Shown here in pieces: positions 51,282 through 64,000 of a stretch of DNA of 64,000 bases. Both the position numbers and the translations under genes were made by a program. Source of the stretch: Octopus vulgaris (lineage: Eukaryota); assembly GCA_951406725.2 (NCBI GenBank), contig OX597815.1:207886001-207950000 (forward strand). Direction: 5' to 3'. The first letter of the stretch is position 1, and each line of letters begins with the position of its first letter. Under the pieces are notes generated by a model. It was not told the DNA's origin, did not search any database, and was given only the letters and a program-made list of their open reading frames with translations.

Positions 51282-52104
51282 TTGGTAGAGGCTGTTGATT
51301 TGCTATAGCATATGACCATATTTTGCACTCATTTCTATTTTCATTTTGCATAAGGTACAGGCATCTTTCTGTTAAGGCTACTTGCAATGATGAAGACAAA
51401 AGACAAACACTAGAATGGTAATGCCAAATCCCACCTCCATATACATCTGCACACAGACAAACATACATGATACATACATCACAACAAACATAAATAAAAT
51501 GAAGTTCTCTCGGCATTCATGGTTTGTCTTTTTATTTTAGTTGTGATATTTATACGTTCTACTTCAGTGTTTACATCTTGTGTTTCCTAGCTTGGAGGAC
51601 GATTTTGTCTTAGTTATAACTTCTCTTTAGGAATATTTTACTTGATATATTCTATTTGTAAAATAGGGAACAAGTACATATTGACATTTATACCTTGCAG
51701 CCACTATACAGGAGTTTGATCAGTCTAAACTTGCTTGAATGGTCCTTGAAAATGTTATAAGATATTGAAAACATTGGAAATAACATAACCTTTGAAGTTA
51801 TATCCTTAGTCTCTGCTTTTATGAATCAGAAATAAATCCAGATTTTTCAAGAACCAAGTAAGAAACTCATTAATCAGACTTGTGGCTATATTGTCAATAT
51901 CAAGTTCTCTTCAACATTTTATGTTTTATCATGGTGTTAGCTAAGTCTTTTGGTATTTCATCTTTGAAGCCTATCAGTCTGAAATTTACTGTTTTTGCAT
52001 CTTTCAGTATTTCCCTTAACTTTCCTATATCATGGAGTTTCTCTACTGTCAGTTCATCATACTTCTTCATCCTACGATCCCTTTTTTATTTGTTACATTG
52101 CTTT

Positions 52105-52295
52105 CAAGTTTTGGCACAAGGCCTGTAACTTCAGGGGAGGAACCAAGTCAATTAGGTCGACCCCAGTGCTCAACTGGTACTTATTTTATTGACCCCAAAT
52201 GGATGAAAGACAAACTCGACCTCAGCAGAATTTCAAGTACAAAATACTGACGAGCATTTTGCCTGGTGTGCTAACGATTCTGCCAGCTCACCATC
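52105..52295 (-). mobile_element. SINE family A copy
   Basis: Reverse-complement match. Confidence 0.78.
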
Positions 52296-52371
52296 TTATT
52301 TATTTCTCATATTAATTGTTTCTCATGTGCACATTGATTCTCATGGTTTTAATACCTAGATTTAATACCTA

Positions 52372-52755
52372 CAGCCGGTTTCATTATCGTCTGAATCACT
52401 GGCCCCACCCTTCTGTGCTTCTACAATGATGCTTAAGGTGATTCGGTCATGCGACCCGGCATGCAGAGGGTGAGCTGATTTGCGATGTCCTCCTCCCACC
52501 TCCACTTCCCAGCTGGCACAAATGCACGGGCGGGCAGCTGAAGACCTGGACAACGACGACAAAGGAGGACCTCTCCGAACTCTCAGGTCTGCAGGTGGTC
52601 GGTCTGCGCAGATGGAACCGCGAATGGCTCGCTATCTCCAGTGACCCCGCACAGGACCGTCATGCATGGGCCACCATGGTTCGTGATACCATAAGGACCA
52701 GAGAAGAAGCTGGGTCAACCCACCCTGGGTGAACGCCATCACAAGTACAAGTAAG
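52372..52755 (+). mobile_element. GC-rich RTE LINE 3' fragment (SR2/fluke-like C-terminus)
   Basis: FGHATRH...GGQLKTWTTTTKEDL...WNREWL...AQDRHAW...AGSTHPG* (stop 52730-52732), tail caagtacaagtaag, 13-bp TSD taatacctagatt (52350-52362, 52756-52768). Confidence 0.85.
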
Positions 52756-52813
52756 TAATACCTAGATTCACCCTTCAGTTACATTAACTGTCATTTATTC
52801 AAATTAATATGAA

Positions 52814-52978
52814 GGCGCAGGAGTGGCTGTGTGGTAAGTAGCTTGCTTACCAACAACATGGTTTTGGGTTCAGTCCCACTGCGTGGCATCTCGGGCAAGT
52901 GTCTTCTGCTATAGCCCCGGGCCGACCAATGCCTTGTGAGTGGATTTGGTAGACGGAAACTGAAAGAAGCCTGTCGGA

Positions 52979-53036
<58 letters not shown>

Positions 53037-53260
53037 TGTGTGTGTGTGTTTGTGTGTCTGTGTTTGTCCCCCTAGCATTGCTTGACAACCGATGCTGGTG
53101 TGTTTACGTCCCCGTCACTTAGCGGTTCGGTAAAAGAGACCGATAGAATAGGTACTAGGCTTACAAAGAATAAATCTCGAGGTCGATTTGCTCGACTAAA
53201 GGCGGTGCTCCAGCATGGCCGCAGTCAAATGACTGAAACAAGTAAAAGAGTAAAAGAGAG
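52814..53260 (+). mobile_element. SINE family B copy
   Basis: Full match. Confidence 0.92.
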
Positions 53261-53656
53261 AGAAAGAGGGCAGACGTTAAGCAATGATGATGATGATTAT
53301 GCATCCAGTAATTTATGCCTTCCTCATTTCTTCTCAGGTTCCACAGACAACCCATATTCAATGTGCACATATTTCTGTGTTTGTAGCAATGCATATGCAT
53401 GTTTAATTTTCTACTACAGTTTAAAAACAATCATATTGTTGTTTACATGCTTTGAATGGGTCACTCACTGGTCAATCATTGGTCCATGTTTCTAATGTTC
53501 TAAGAGTGATAAAAGATTGTCTGTAATTTGCTGGTAAGAACTTCATTCACAACACACATAAGGTTTCATTCATAGAGCACTAGTCTTTCATAAAGCTTTG
53601 CATTTTTCGTTCACACACACACATTTCTAAGTTCTCACAGATACATATACACACAT

Positions 53657-53708
<52 letters not shown>

Positions 53709-54170
53709 TGCATGATCCCATAAATAATGTAGTTTTTTTCAATTGTATGAACTAAAAGACGGAAGGAGACATGATAAACTACCTGCATCAACTTGTTATA
53801 AAAGCAAGTAGTAATTTTACCTTTGTACTTATTCTTAGTGAAAGTTTCAAAGAGTGCAGTTCAATTTTAACACTTATTTTTTCAAAGCTATATAGGACTT
53901 ACAAATTTCTGGTTTGTTGTCCAGATCTGCATCTAGCCATCTACAGTCATGATGAAAGCAACTGACTCAAGAGATGGAGAATTCTACCAGAAAAGCCTAA
54001 GATATATAATTGAATCTATGGCAATCATTTGTACCAACTTTCTGTATCTGCATTTCCTAGAATGCTGGTCCCATTCAAACCTTCACTACTGTTAACAAAT
54101 CATCTGCAGAGGTAATCTAATGACTAAACATTGGCTGTTAGACTCATACATCAAAACCAATGGAGGCATC

Positions 54171-54212
<42 letters not shown>

Positions 54213-54239
54213 ATTTATTATATATGTGTGTATATATAT

Positions 54240-54437
54240 GTCATCATCATCATTATCATCATCATCATCATTTAACGTCTTCTTTCTTTGCTGGCATGGG
54301 TTAGACAGTTTAACTGGAACTGGTAAGCCAGACGGCTGCACCAGGTTCCAGTCTGATTTGGAATGGTTTCTACAGTTGGATGCCCTTCCTAATGCCAACC
54401 ACTCTGAGAGTGTAATGAGTACATTTTTTGTGCCACT
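54240..54437 (-). mobile_element. RTE 3'-end fragment
   Basis: Similar to the reverse complement of 8120-8292. Confidence 0.8.
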
Positions 54438-54464
54438 GAGTGTTTTGTCATATTGAAACATTAA

Positions 54465-54628
54465 TCCCTACAAAAATTTTTTCTCTCTCTGCTTTTTTTC
54501 CCCCTTAATCCTTTCTGTTGAAGAGTGTAGGCTCAAAGTATAAAAGACTTTTCCATTCTTCTTATTAAACTAATACACCTGCTTGTTGTTCCTACACCTG
54601 TCTTCATCTTTTGTTTTCTGTAAATTTG

Positions 54629-54632
<4 letters not shown>
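54465..54632 (+). mobile_element. Penelope-like terminal repeat, degenerate hammerhead-like motif at 54511-54546
   Basis: ctttctgttgaagagtgtaggctcaaagtataaaagacttt matches 51099-51140; ends in (TA)n. Confidence 0.55.
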
Positions 54633-55053
<421 letters not shown>

Positions 55054-56120
55054 ATTTAATTGAGTTGATAAGTTCCCTCATAGTTGTAAGTACACATCTA
55101 AGATTGTATCTATTATGAAATTGTTTGGAAATTACAAACGAAGTATTTATGTTTGCTACATATATATATATATATATAAATGATTGGATTTAAACAAGGA
55201 TATAAGTTTTACATATGAGGTGTATGTGCATCAGTTGTATTTCAGCTTCTATGTATTCAGATGTATAAGCTTAAAACTATGTATGAATTTAAATGATTTA
55301 ATTTAGATAGAGTCTTACATCTACAGGCAGAGTAAGTCTTTAAGAATATACATCATGCTTTCTTTCTCCTTAATTCAAAAGTTAGATCAATGTCTTCGAG
55401 TCTCGCTTGCATTATATATTCACTCAAACGATGTTTGATTTCAGTTGTTGATTGTAGCCTTACTATTTTTGTATCAGAGATAAAGTATGTCATACACTGA
55501 CATTGATTTTAAACATTTCTACATAGTACCTACAGGATATAAAAGAGAAAGGAAAATATTCTAGAAGGGATAGAAAAACAATATACTTTACCTGAGTGTA
55601 CTATGAGATTTTTTAGAAAATAAAGAAGAAAAAAAAGAAAAAAAAAATGAATTCATTTGGTAATTGAACAGCCAATATTTTCTTTCAAATATATTAACAG
55701 CGGCATTCAAAGAAAATGAACATCAATACATTTTCCCATATTCTTACAAGAGTTTTAATGCTCTAATTTCAAACAATTTTAGTTTTCATAAACTTAATTT
55801 TAAAAGATCCATGAAAGTAGTATTCGAAGAATGTTAATAAAAATAGAAAATAATAGCATTACTTTCTTAAGAAAAAAATGAATATAGAAAAAAAAAACAG
55901 AGACATATCCATGTAACCAGGTCTGAAAAACAAGAAAAATGATTTTAGTGTGTAATATACATCACAGAAGTATAAAGTATTCGCGCATATACATACATTC
56001 ATTCCAAATGAAGACTGCAGTAACCATAATGGAACCGTCTGAAACTTGAAGTTGGGAATTATTATTCTTATACACATGCACACACACACAGATTTATGCA
56101 CACATCTGCATATGTATCTG

Positions 56121-56156
<36 letters not shown>

Positions 56157-56204
56157 TTCAGACATATATATATGATGATGATGATGATGATATATATATA
56201 TATT

Positions 56205-56467
56205 GTCGTTTAACGTCCGTTCTCCATGCTAGCATGGGTTGGACGGTTCAACCGGGGTTCTGGGAAGCCAGAAGGCTGCACCAGGCTCCAGTCTAATCTG
56301 GCAATGTTTCTACAGCTGGATGCCCTTCCTAACGCCAACCACTCCGTGAGTGTAGTGGGTGCTTTTTACGTGCCACCTGCACAGGTGCCAGGCGGGGCTG
56401 GCAACGGCCACGGTCAGATTGGTGTATTTTATGTGCCACCGGCACGGAAGCCAGTCGAGGCGGTGCT

Positions 56468-56470
<3 letters not shown>
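56205..56470 (-). mobile_element. RTE 3'-end fragment with 1-2 UTR units
   Basis: Reverse complement of the LINE tail. Confidence 0.85.
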
Positions 56471-56489
<19 letters not shown>

Positions 56490-56503
<14 letters not shown>

Positions 56504-56884
56504 TCAAGTTGTGTGTCTGTCTCCTACGATTTAGATTCCTAACTACTCCCACATTTTGCGGTGCAGTTTAACCAAAACCGGGTATCCTATAGTCGTGATT
56601 CATATCGAGCCCTTCTGGGTATTAGCGCATGTCTATGTTGAGTCTACGATTTAAAAAAAATTTACCATAATTTTTTTCCATTTTAATGCATTTTTTCGCT
56701 ATTATATAAGGGAAGTAACTCTCTAAAAATGTCTACGATGAGTCAATGATTTAAAAAAAAAATTACCATCATTTTTTTTCCATTTTTAATGCATTTTTTT
56801 GCTAATATTTGGCTATAACTCTCTAAAAATGTTTATATAGTTATTTCCCTTACAAACCCGAGCAACGCCGGGCGATACTGCTAG
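56490..56884 (+). mobile_element. Non-autonomous Helitron
   Basis: 5' tatatataaaa start in (TA)n, subterminal hairpin cccgagcaacgccggg (56857-56872), 3' CTAG followed by T; internal duplication of about 100 bp. Confidence 0.8.
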
Positions 56885-57109
56885 TTGATCATATATAAGC
56901 ACAAGTTTTGAGCTATCTCCTTGTCTCCATTCCCAGCAGACCACTAGTGGCCAACCTGTGGTAGAGCCTTCCAAACATGCATTGGACTAATTGGCTACAG
57001 CTAGACACTGCATGGCCCATATTCTTCTCCCCCATATAATGTCTTTGATCATCATCGACAATGATGGACGAACACCAATGTTATTATTATTATTATTATT
57101 ATTGCTATG

Positions 57110-57254
57110 TACTGAGTTCAAATTCCACCGAGGTCGACTTTGACTTTCATCCTTTTGGGATCAATAAATTAAGTACTGGTAAAACACTGGAGTCAATGTA
57201 ATTGACTTATCTCCCTCCCCCTAAATTTCAGGCCTTGTGCCTATAGTAGAAAGG

Positions 57255-57255
<1 letters not shown>
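57110..57255 (+). mobile_element. SINE family A copy, 5'-truncated
   Basis: ctgagttcaaattccaccgaggtcgacttt...tttcatccttttgggatcaataaatt. Confidence 0.8.
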
Positions 57256-57289
<34 letters not shown>

Positions 57290-57542
57290 GAGGAAAACTC
57301 TCAGGTTATTTTGCTGGGTATCATGGAAAGTGTCAGCCGCCCACAGCCAGCAGACTAAGGGGATACTTGTTTACTGATCAAGCTTCAAGAACCCTGCAGT
57401 TCCAAGCAATGCTGATTTTCTGTAGGTGTTCTATTTTTATACTTGTACCAATCTTTTTGAACCACGTTCATAATTGAGTGCCGATACTTCCAAGCATGCC
57501 GGTCACTATTGGTGTCATGTCCGCTCTCTTCATTGCCCACAG
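57290..57542 (-). mobile_element. R4/Dong-like non-LTR 3' fragment inserted in (TAA)n
   Basis: Minus strand LWAMKRADMTPIVTGMLGSI...IEHLQK/SALLGTA motif; (att)n on both sides. Confidence 0.75.
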
Positions 57543-57550
57543 TATTATCA

Positions 57551-57584
<34 letters not shown>

Positions 57585-57586
57585 TG

Positions 57587-57952
57587 TCATCATCATCATC
57601 ATCATTTAACGTCCGCTTTCCATGCTAGCATGGGTTGGACGATTTGACTGAGGACTGGCGAACCAGATGGCTGCACCAGGCTCCAATCTTGATCTGGCAG
57701 AGTTTCTACAGCTGGATGCCCTTCCTAACGCCAACCACTCCGAGAGTGTAGTGGGTGCTTTTACGTGCCACTAGCACGAGGGCCAGTCAGGCAGTACTGG
57801 CAACGACCTCGCTCAAATGGTGCTTTTTATGTGCCACCTGCACAGGAGCCAGTCCAGCGGCACTGGCAACGACCTCACTCGAATGACTTTTCACGTGCCA
57901 CCAGCACAAGTGCCAGTAAGGCGACACAGGTAATGATCACGCTCGAATGGTG

Positions 57953-57956
<4 letters not shown>
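57587..57956 (-). mobile_element. RTE 3'-end fragment with three UTR units
   Basis: Reverse-complement tail plus units similar to 46225-46410. Confidence 0.85.
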
Positions 57957-58008
<52 letters not shown>

Positions 58009-58040
58009 GTTATTGTTTATTATAATTATTATTATTATTA

Positions 58041-58072
<32 letters not shown>

Positions 58073-59559
58073 GTTATTTTTTATTATGATTATTTTTATT
58101 GTTGTTATTCTTCTTCTTCTTCTTATTATTATTATTATCATTATTATCATCATCATCATCATCACTTCGACGCCTGATGTGTGGTACACTGTGCACCTGT
58201 TCAGGCGATGGGAATTTGATGGAGAGAGTGAGCACATATATATTTGATCACTATAAACGAATCATTCATGCAGGTTGTTTGGCTAAAAGCTGAACACTCG
58301 TGTTGTCTTCAACGAGCGAGTTCCTCATCAACATCATCATCATCATCATCATCATCACCATCATCATCATCACCATCACCATCATCATCATCATCCCATA
58401 TGAACATGCACTTATGACTGTTATTTTGCTGTAAACGAAGTGCATGATATAATATCGCTAATGTCTTTGTTATTTTTGGATTTATTTCAAAATGCCAAGT
58501 CAGACATGAAATTCAAGGAATAATATTAATTCTAAGTCCTGAAAAGTTCATACGAATCATTATTTTTGATACAATCATCATCATCATCATCATCATCATT
58601 GTTGTTATTGTTGTAGTCGTCATAAGTCTTGTTGTTTGCTATTTCCTTACTGCCTTATTTGTTGAAGTGTTAAAACCTTTTAAAAAGAAAACATTACACA
58701 ACTATTTGGTGTGTTTTACTACCTAAAAGGTCACATGATTAATGAAACAGAAGGGAAAAAAATATATGAGAATAAATGGAAGTTATTTATATAAAACATT
58801 GATTTTCTGTCTTGAGTCATTTTTCCTTTGACTACATTTAATCTTTTGACTTTGTTTGATAATAAAAATATTTATGACATAAGACAATAATAATAATAAT
58901 AATAATAACAACAACAACAACAACAGAAATAGTAATTGCTTAAAAAATAGTGCCATTGATATATTTTATGTTCATTCTAGAAAGAGTTTTAAATAATTTC
59001 TAGAAAGTTGTTTGAAAATGAAACACAAGAGATTTCATTCCTTTCTCTACCTGCTTTAGCTGTTCACATGAATTAACAAGAGGGCCCCTATATGGTCGCT
59101 CAGCCTACCAGAAATAGCATCTAAATCTACCTCAAATCACATCCTTTACTATCTTAAAATAAATTGGATGGGCACTTTGGGTGATGTAGTCTCAAATATA
59201 CCCTATCCTCATCTAAAAGAAAAGGGGGAAAAAACAAAACAAGCTGGTTATGACTGGAACATTTTTAATCCTTGGTTTAATCTTAGAAGAGCTGACCTAA
59301 AGCTAAACAGAAACAGCTGTTAATATGCATAAATTTTGTACACGAAGAGTGGAGAAACTTGCAAATAATACATAAAAATTATGTTTTTGTAACTTAGGGA
59401 GAAAAGAAAGAGCTGTATATATAATGTTTTTTGGACTGTGAGACGAATACAACAGCTGCTCAGTTTGAGCATTTTAATGTCAAAGTTTGCAGGAAAATCA
59501 TTTGTGGGATAAAATTTCAGATGGTTGCAATCCTGAGTAAGAAGAAGAAAGAAAAGTGT

Positions 59560-59779
59560 TTAGTCCTTTACCATTTAAACCAATCACATCTGGCCCAAAT
59601 ATTCTACCAGTTTTATGTTAAAGTGAGTTAGATCTGGTCTCTTTCACCTACCCTCCAATGCCATTCTAAAAATAAGCAATCACATTACCAAAATCTCGAA
59701 ACTACAAGATAATGTATGATTAATTCAAAACAATGTGAATAAATACATTTGACAAAGTAATCTGAATGCCGAAGGGTTT
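59560..59779. mobile_element. piggyBac-like MITE (family 1)
   Basis: Homologous to 1370-1587; ends gaagggtt. Confidence 0.55.
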
Positions 59780-59946
59780 GTGTAGACTCTTGGAGGTGAA
59801 ATACATTATTAGAAACAGGAAAATGAAAGACAGAGGAATAGTCTTGGTAAAATGATAAGACTGGTTAGCTACTGGATAACCACCAGAGATCGGCAGCCGA
59901 TATCCTATTTCTAGTATGTTATTATGTGATAAAGACGTGTGACTTA

Positions 59947-60320
59947 CATCATCATCATCGTTTAGCGTCCGCTTTCCATGCTAGCATGGGTTGGACGGTT
60001 CAACTGGGGTCTGGGAAGCCAGAAGGCTGCACCAGGCTCCAGTCTGATCTGGCAATGTTTCTACGGCTGGATGCCCTTCCTAATGCCAACCACTCCATGA
60101 GTGTAGTGGGTGCTTTTTACGTGCCACCAGCACAGGTGCCAGACGAGTCTGGCAAACGGCCACGATCGGATGGTGCTTTTTATGTGCCACCAGCATGGGG
60201 GCCAGGCCAGGCTGGCAACGGCCATGAACGGATGGTGCTTTTTACATGCCACCGGCACGGGGGCCAGGCAAGGCTGGCAATGGTCACGAACGGATGGTGC
60301 TTTTTATGTGCCACCGGCAT
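59947..60320 (-). mobile_element. RTE 3'-end fragment with three UTR units
   Basis: Close to the reverse complement of 7950-8292. Confidence 0.88.
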
Positions 60321-61342
60321 TTAATTATTCAACATTTAATTACAACATTTAATTATTCTTAAAACTATGTAGACACCAGAATGTGTGAAATTCATTAATG
60401 TAAGTAGAAAAGCCACAGTCAAATTGATACATGTTTGTTAGCTCAATGGGTTGAGTTCAATACTGCTTGTGATAGGAAGAATATTTCTTCAAGAGATTAA
60501 GAGGTGGGTCCAAACCTGTCTTATAAAGCAAGTTATCCTATGAAGAAGAATAGAATTAGAAGCTATGCTTAGGCTGTGTATATCACAAGGCATTGAGAGA
60601 AAAGAAAAAGCTATGCTCTTAAAAATGAAAGCATGAATTGTTAAACAATCTCTCACAAAGATAATGAAATAATCCTTCATTCATTACTTTTAGGAGTTTT
60701 ATGCATTAATCTTTAATCATTAAACTCAAAGGCAGAAAGTCTAGATTTCATTTCAAGCGAATAACATAGCGATCAATATAGTAATCTGTCTTATATTGAT
60801 TAGGGAATTGGAATAAGAATTCAATAAAGTATTAACTAAAACTTTATATTTCTAGTTTGAGATTATCATTCAAAGTGAGCATCTATAGAGTAATAGATTT
60901 GCCATTCATTTCCAAGTCAAGCCAACGACAAAAAGGAAACTTGTAAGGTTTAATGGTGCATTATTCAGTCACTAGCTACCATTTATCATTGATAATTTAT
61001 TCCTTTGGCTACAGTCAGGTCATGAATTCAAAAGCTTTGACACATGCATTTCTTGCTTCTATTTCATTTCCATTCCAAACAAATCTGATAGAAATAGCAA
61101 GCAGATCACCTGCACCATCTTCAAAAAGAGTGATTTCTTTAAACAACTTTGTTATAGATATCCATAAAAAAAAAACAAAAACAAAAAAAGAAAAGAAAAG
61201 ACAAGATGGTCCCAGCTGAAATATCTTTGATCATTGGTCTGGTTCAATCAGAAATGAGCAAGGGTTGAACGATAACAACAAAAGCCACTCCTTTCATACA
61301 ATATTCAGGTTGCCATTCTGTATTGGATTATTTTTTCTGAAC

Positions 61343-61560
61343 TCTCTTTACTCTTTTACTTGTTTCAGTCATTTGACTGCGGCCATGCTGGAGCACCACC
61401 TTTAGTCGAGCAACACTCAACCCCGGGACTTATTCTTTTGTAAGCCCAGTACTTATTCTATCGGTCTCTTTTGCTGAACCGCTAAGTTACGGGGACGTAA
61501 ACACACCAGCATCAGTTGTCAAGCAATGCTAGGGGGACAAACACAGACACACAAACATAT

Positions 61561-61591
<31 letters not shown>

Positions 61592-61762
61592 CATATATAC
61601 GACGGGCTTCTTTCAGTTTCCGTCTACCAAATCCACTCACAAGGCATTGGTCGGCCCGGGGCTATAGCAGAAGACACTTGCCCAAGATGCCATGCAGTGG
61701 GACTGAACCCGGAACCATGTGGTTGGTTAGCAAGCTACTTACCACACAGCCACTCCTGCGCC
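61343..61762 (-). mobile_element. SINE family B copy
   Basis: Full reverse-complement match. Confidence 0.92.
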
Positions 61763-61780
61763 TGTTTCCAATAAATAAAT

Positions 61781-62050
61781 GAAGACATGGCTGTGTGGTT
61801 AAGAAGCTTGCTTTCTAACCATGTTGACTTGGGTTCAACTCCATTGTATGGTACTTTGGACAAGTGTCTCCTACTATTTCCCAGAGCTAATCAAAGCCTT
61901 GTGAGTGGATTGTGCACATGGAAACTGAAAGAAACCCATCATTACATATGTTGATATTGCTTGACTGACTTAATGGATAGTGTTTTCTTAGGCTAGGATT
62001 ATACTTAATAGAATATTTCTAGTTTTGGGAGGTTCTGTGGTACATATATG

Positions 62051-62091
<41 letters not shown>

Positions 62092-62430
62092 GTTTGTATG
62101 TATGTCATTATTCAGTTTATTTCAAGATTTCTTGCCAATAGAGAAAGAACCGGTTTCTAACCTAGATCCAAGGCTCCTTCATTGGAATTTCAACATCAAC
62201 AACAGGGTATTTTTGTTTGTATGTATGTATGTATGTTTGTGCAGATTTGTCACTGCATCATGTGATGGTTGTAAATAAGCATGTCTGTCTATGGGGGAAT
62301 TGTCCCTTGCTCAGAAAAAGGTGAGGGTTGACAAGAAGGACATCTGGTCATAGAAAATCTGCCGCAATGAATTCCATCTGACTTGTGCGAGCATGGAAAA
62401 ATCGACAATAAAATGATGACAATATGATGA
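61781..62430 (+). mobile_element. Old SINE with family B head and RTE-like tail, interrupted by microsatellite and other insertions
   Basis: Head at 61781-61940; tail gaaggacatctggtcatagaaaatctgcc...gagcatggaaaaatcgacaataaaatgatgac resembles the 38025 copy. Confidence 0.55.
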
Positions 62431-63154
62431 TAATGATGATGGAGGTGGTGGTGGAGATGACGACAACGATGACGACAACGATGATGATGATGATGGCACT
62501 GAGAATTGCTATTAAGAATTATTGTTATGAACATTTGATGATGTATAGAAGAATAATAAAATGATAGCAGTTAGTCCCAGTGATATCTAAAAATATCATG
62601 ACAACTAACAACATGTTATAATTTCAATTGAGCTTAGCTCCAGTGATATCTGAAGATATCACCCAAATGTAATAGTGATAGGATATTAAAATTTGTAATT
62701 GAAAATATATAATTAAATCAATTTTGTCCATCAAAAGCTGTAATTAAATCAATGCAATACCAATGATTTGTGGTAGATATGTCAACTATTTATAATTATG
62801 TAATATACAGAGGTGTTTCTTTTAAGCAACTTGTATATTTTAGACTCTCTCTCTTTTTCGAAATCATCCGGTTCTGTTGATATATGTTATTTTGGTTTAG
62901 CAAATTATATTTACATGACATTTTAGATTCTTTTGGTATTTCTTAAGAGAACTACAAGCAATCCACTTGATCAAGAACAAACAACTTAACATTTGGTTAT
63001 TGACCTTGAGATGGCATTTATCTGCTGCTGGACAGTAAGAAAACTTGGAGAAATCGAATGGTTCAAGTGAACTCAGAAGAATAGTTTGAGAACGGAAAAT
63101 ACTCAGAGTTTGTAATAAATTTTCTGATGCATAAGAAAGCTCCATTATTGTATC

Positions 63155-63360
63155 TTAACCCTTTAGCATTTAAACCAACTATATCAGGCCAAAATATTCT
63201 GCCTGTTTTATGTAGGAGCCAGCTACCAAATTCACTCACCAGACTTGGGCCGGTCACAGGTTATTATAGAAGACACTTGCCCAAAGTGCCACACAGTGGG
63301 ATTGAACCCAGAACTATGTGGTTGGGAAGCAAGCTTCTTGCCACTCAGCCACATTAGCAC
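63155..63360. mobile_element. piggyBac-like MITE 5' end (63155-63212) abutting a family B SINE head (minus)
   Basis: ttaaccctttagcatttaaacc; then ctaccaaattcactcac...gaagacacttgccc. Confidence 0.65.
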
Positions 63361-64000
63361 CTCTATAGGAATGTTACTTTTAACAAGAAAAGCATGAAAG
63401 ACCAAGGATAATTCCGAAGGCTATCTACTGTTTATCACACGTGGATATGCATATTGACAGAGAAACGTAGAGAGAACTTGGAGGAAACAAGAAACAATTG
63501 GATACAGTTGGGTTCAAAGTGAGTTTTGCGGTTACTGAAGAGGTTAGTTGTGGTGGGAATAAGATGGAAGGTAGCAGATACATCACAACAAAAGATTATA
63601 GAAACCAAGATGTTAAGTTATCTAATCATTGTTTAAGAAATGTTTAATGTGGAATTATTAAACAGGGAATTGCTGTAATCCCAGGTATTATTAAGAAAAG
63701 AGCATCTGAAATGATTCAAGTGAAAATGAATTAGATATAGGTGTGTGTATAAGTGTGGGCTGCACAAGAAATATGAATAAAGAGAGTAAACGGTGAATGA
63801 CAATCATCAAACACATAACGATAATGAAAGCAGACTTGAAGGAAGAAAGTGACTAAAAACATAAAAATGACTTGGAGACATAATAGATTTCTCAATTTGC
63901 TAATTGTAATTGTGAAGGAAATAGTATAACTAGATTATCATCATTAACGGATGATAATGTTTCTGGTAGAACATCATCAAGAAAAGTATTGGATGAGTAA

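Noticed and set aside
62140-62190. Minus-strand CAAUGA...AGCCU-loop-AGGUU-AGAAACCGGUU hammerhead-like pattern
   Set aside because: 5' core degenerate and stem I not in register
62927-63034. Possible plus-strand exon (ag...gtaaga) with one open frame
   Set aside because: No recognisable protein similarity, and phase incompatible with the 21909 candidate

Overview
AT-rich eukaryotic (animal) genomic DNA, dense in microsatellites and transposable elements. The SINE set (tRNA-derived heads with CORE-like and Meta-like bodies), the RTE LINE tails and the (TA)n/(CATA)n load point to an octopus genome; this is an inference. No intact host protein-coding gene is supportable, and almost all ORF-track entries are microsatellite or SINE read-throughs, so the window is probably intronic or intergenic. 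Recognisable content: a decayed Hsmar1-like mariner; a 5'-truncated RTE LINE whose RT ORF carries an inserted C4HC3 (PHD-type) finger and whose 3' UTR holds a homogeneous 128/129-bp tandem array; other RTE, CR1/L2 and R4/Dong fragments; hAT, Tc1/pogo and piggyBac-like MITEs; a Helitron; and more than 30 SINE copies, many nested. The most notable signal is a set of minimal type-I hammerhead ribozyme motifs (9214-9258 minus; 8335-8418 minus and 8527-8610 plus; a variant-core family at 51099, 54511 and 14152). The first three sit in long fold-back elements embedded in (TA)n tracts, and all are consistent with Penelope-like retroelement pseudo-LTR remnants. Family names come from recalled motif similarity, not database searches. 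Repeat boundaries are approximate unless a TSD or TIR is quoted.
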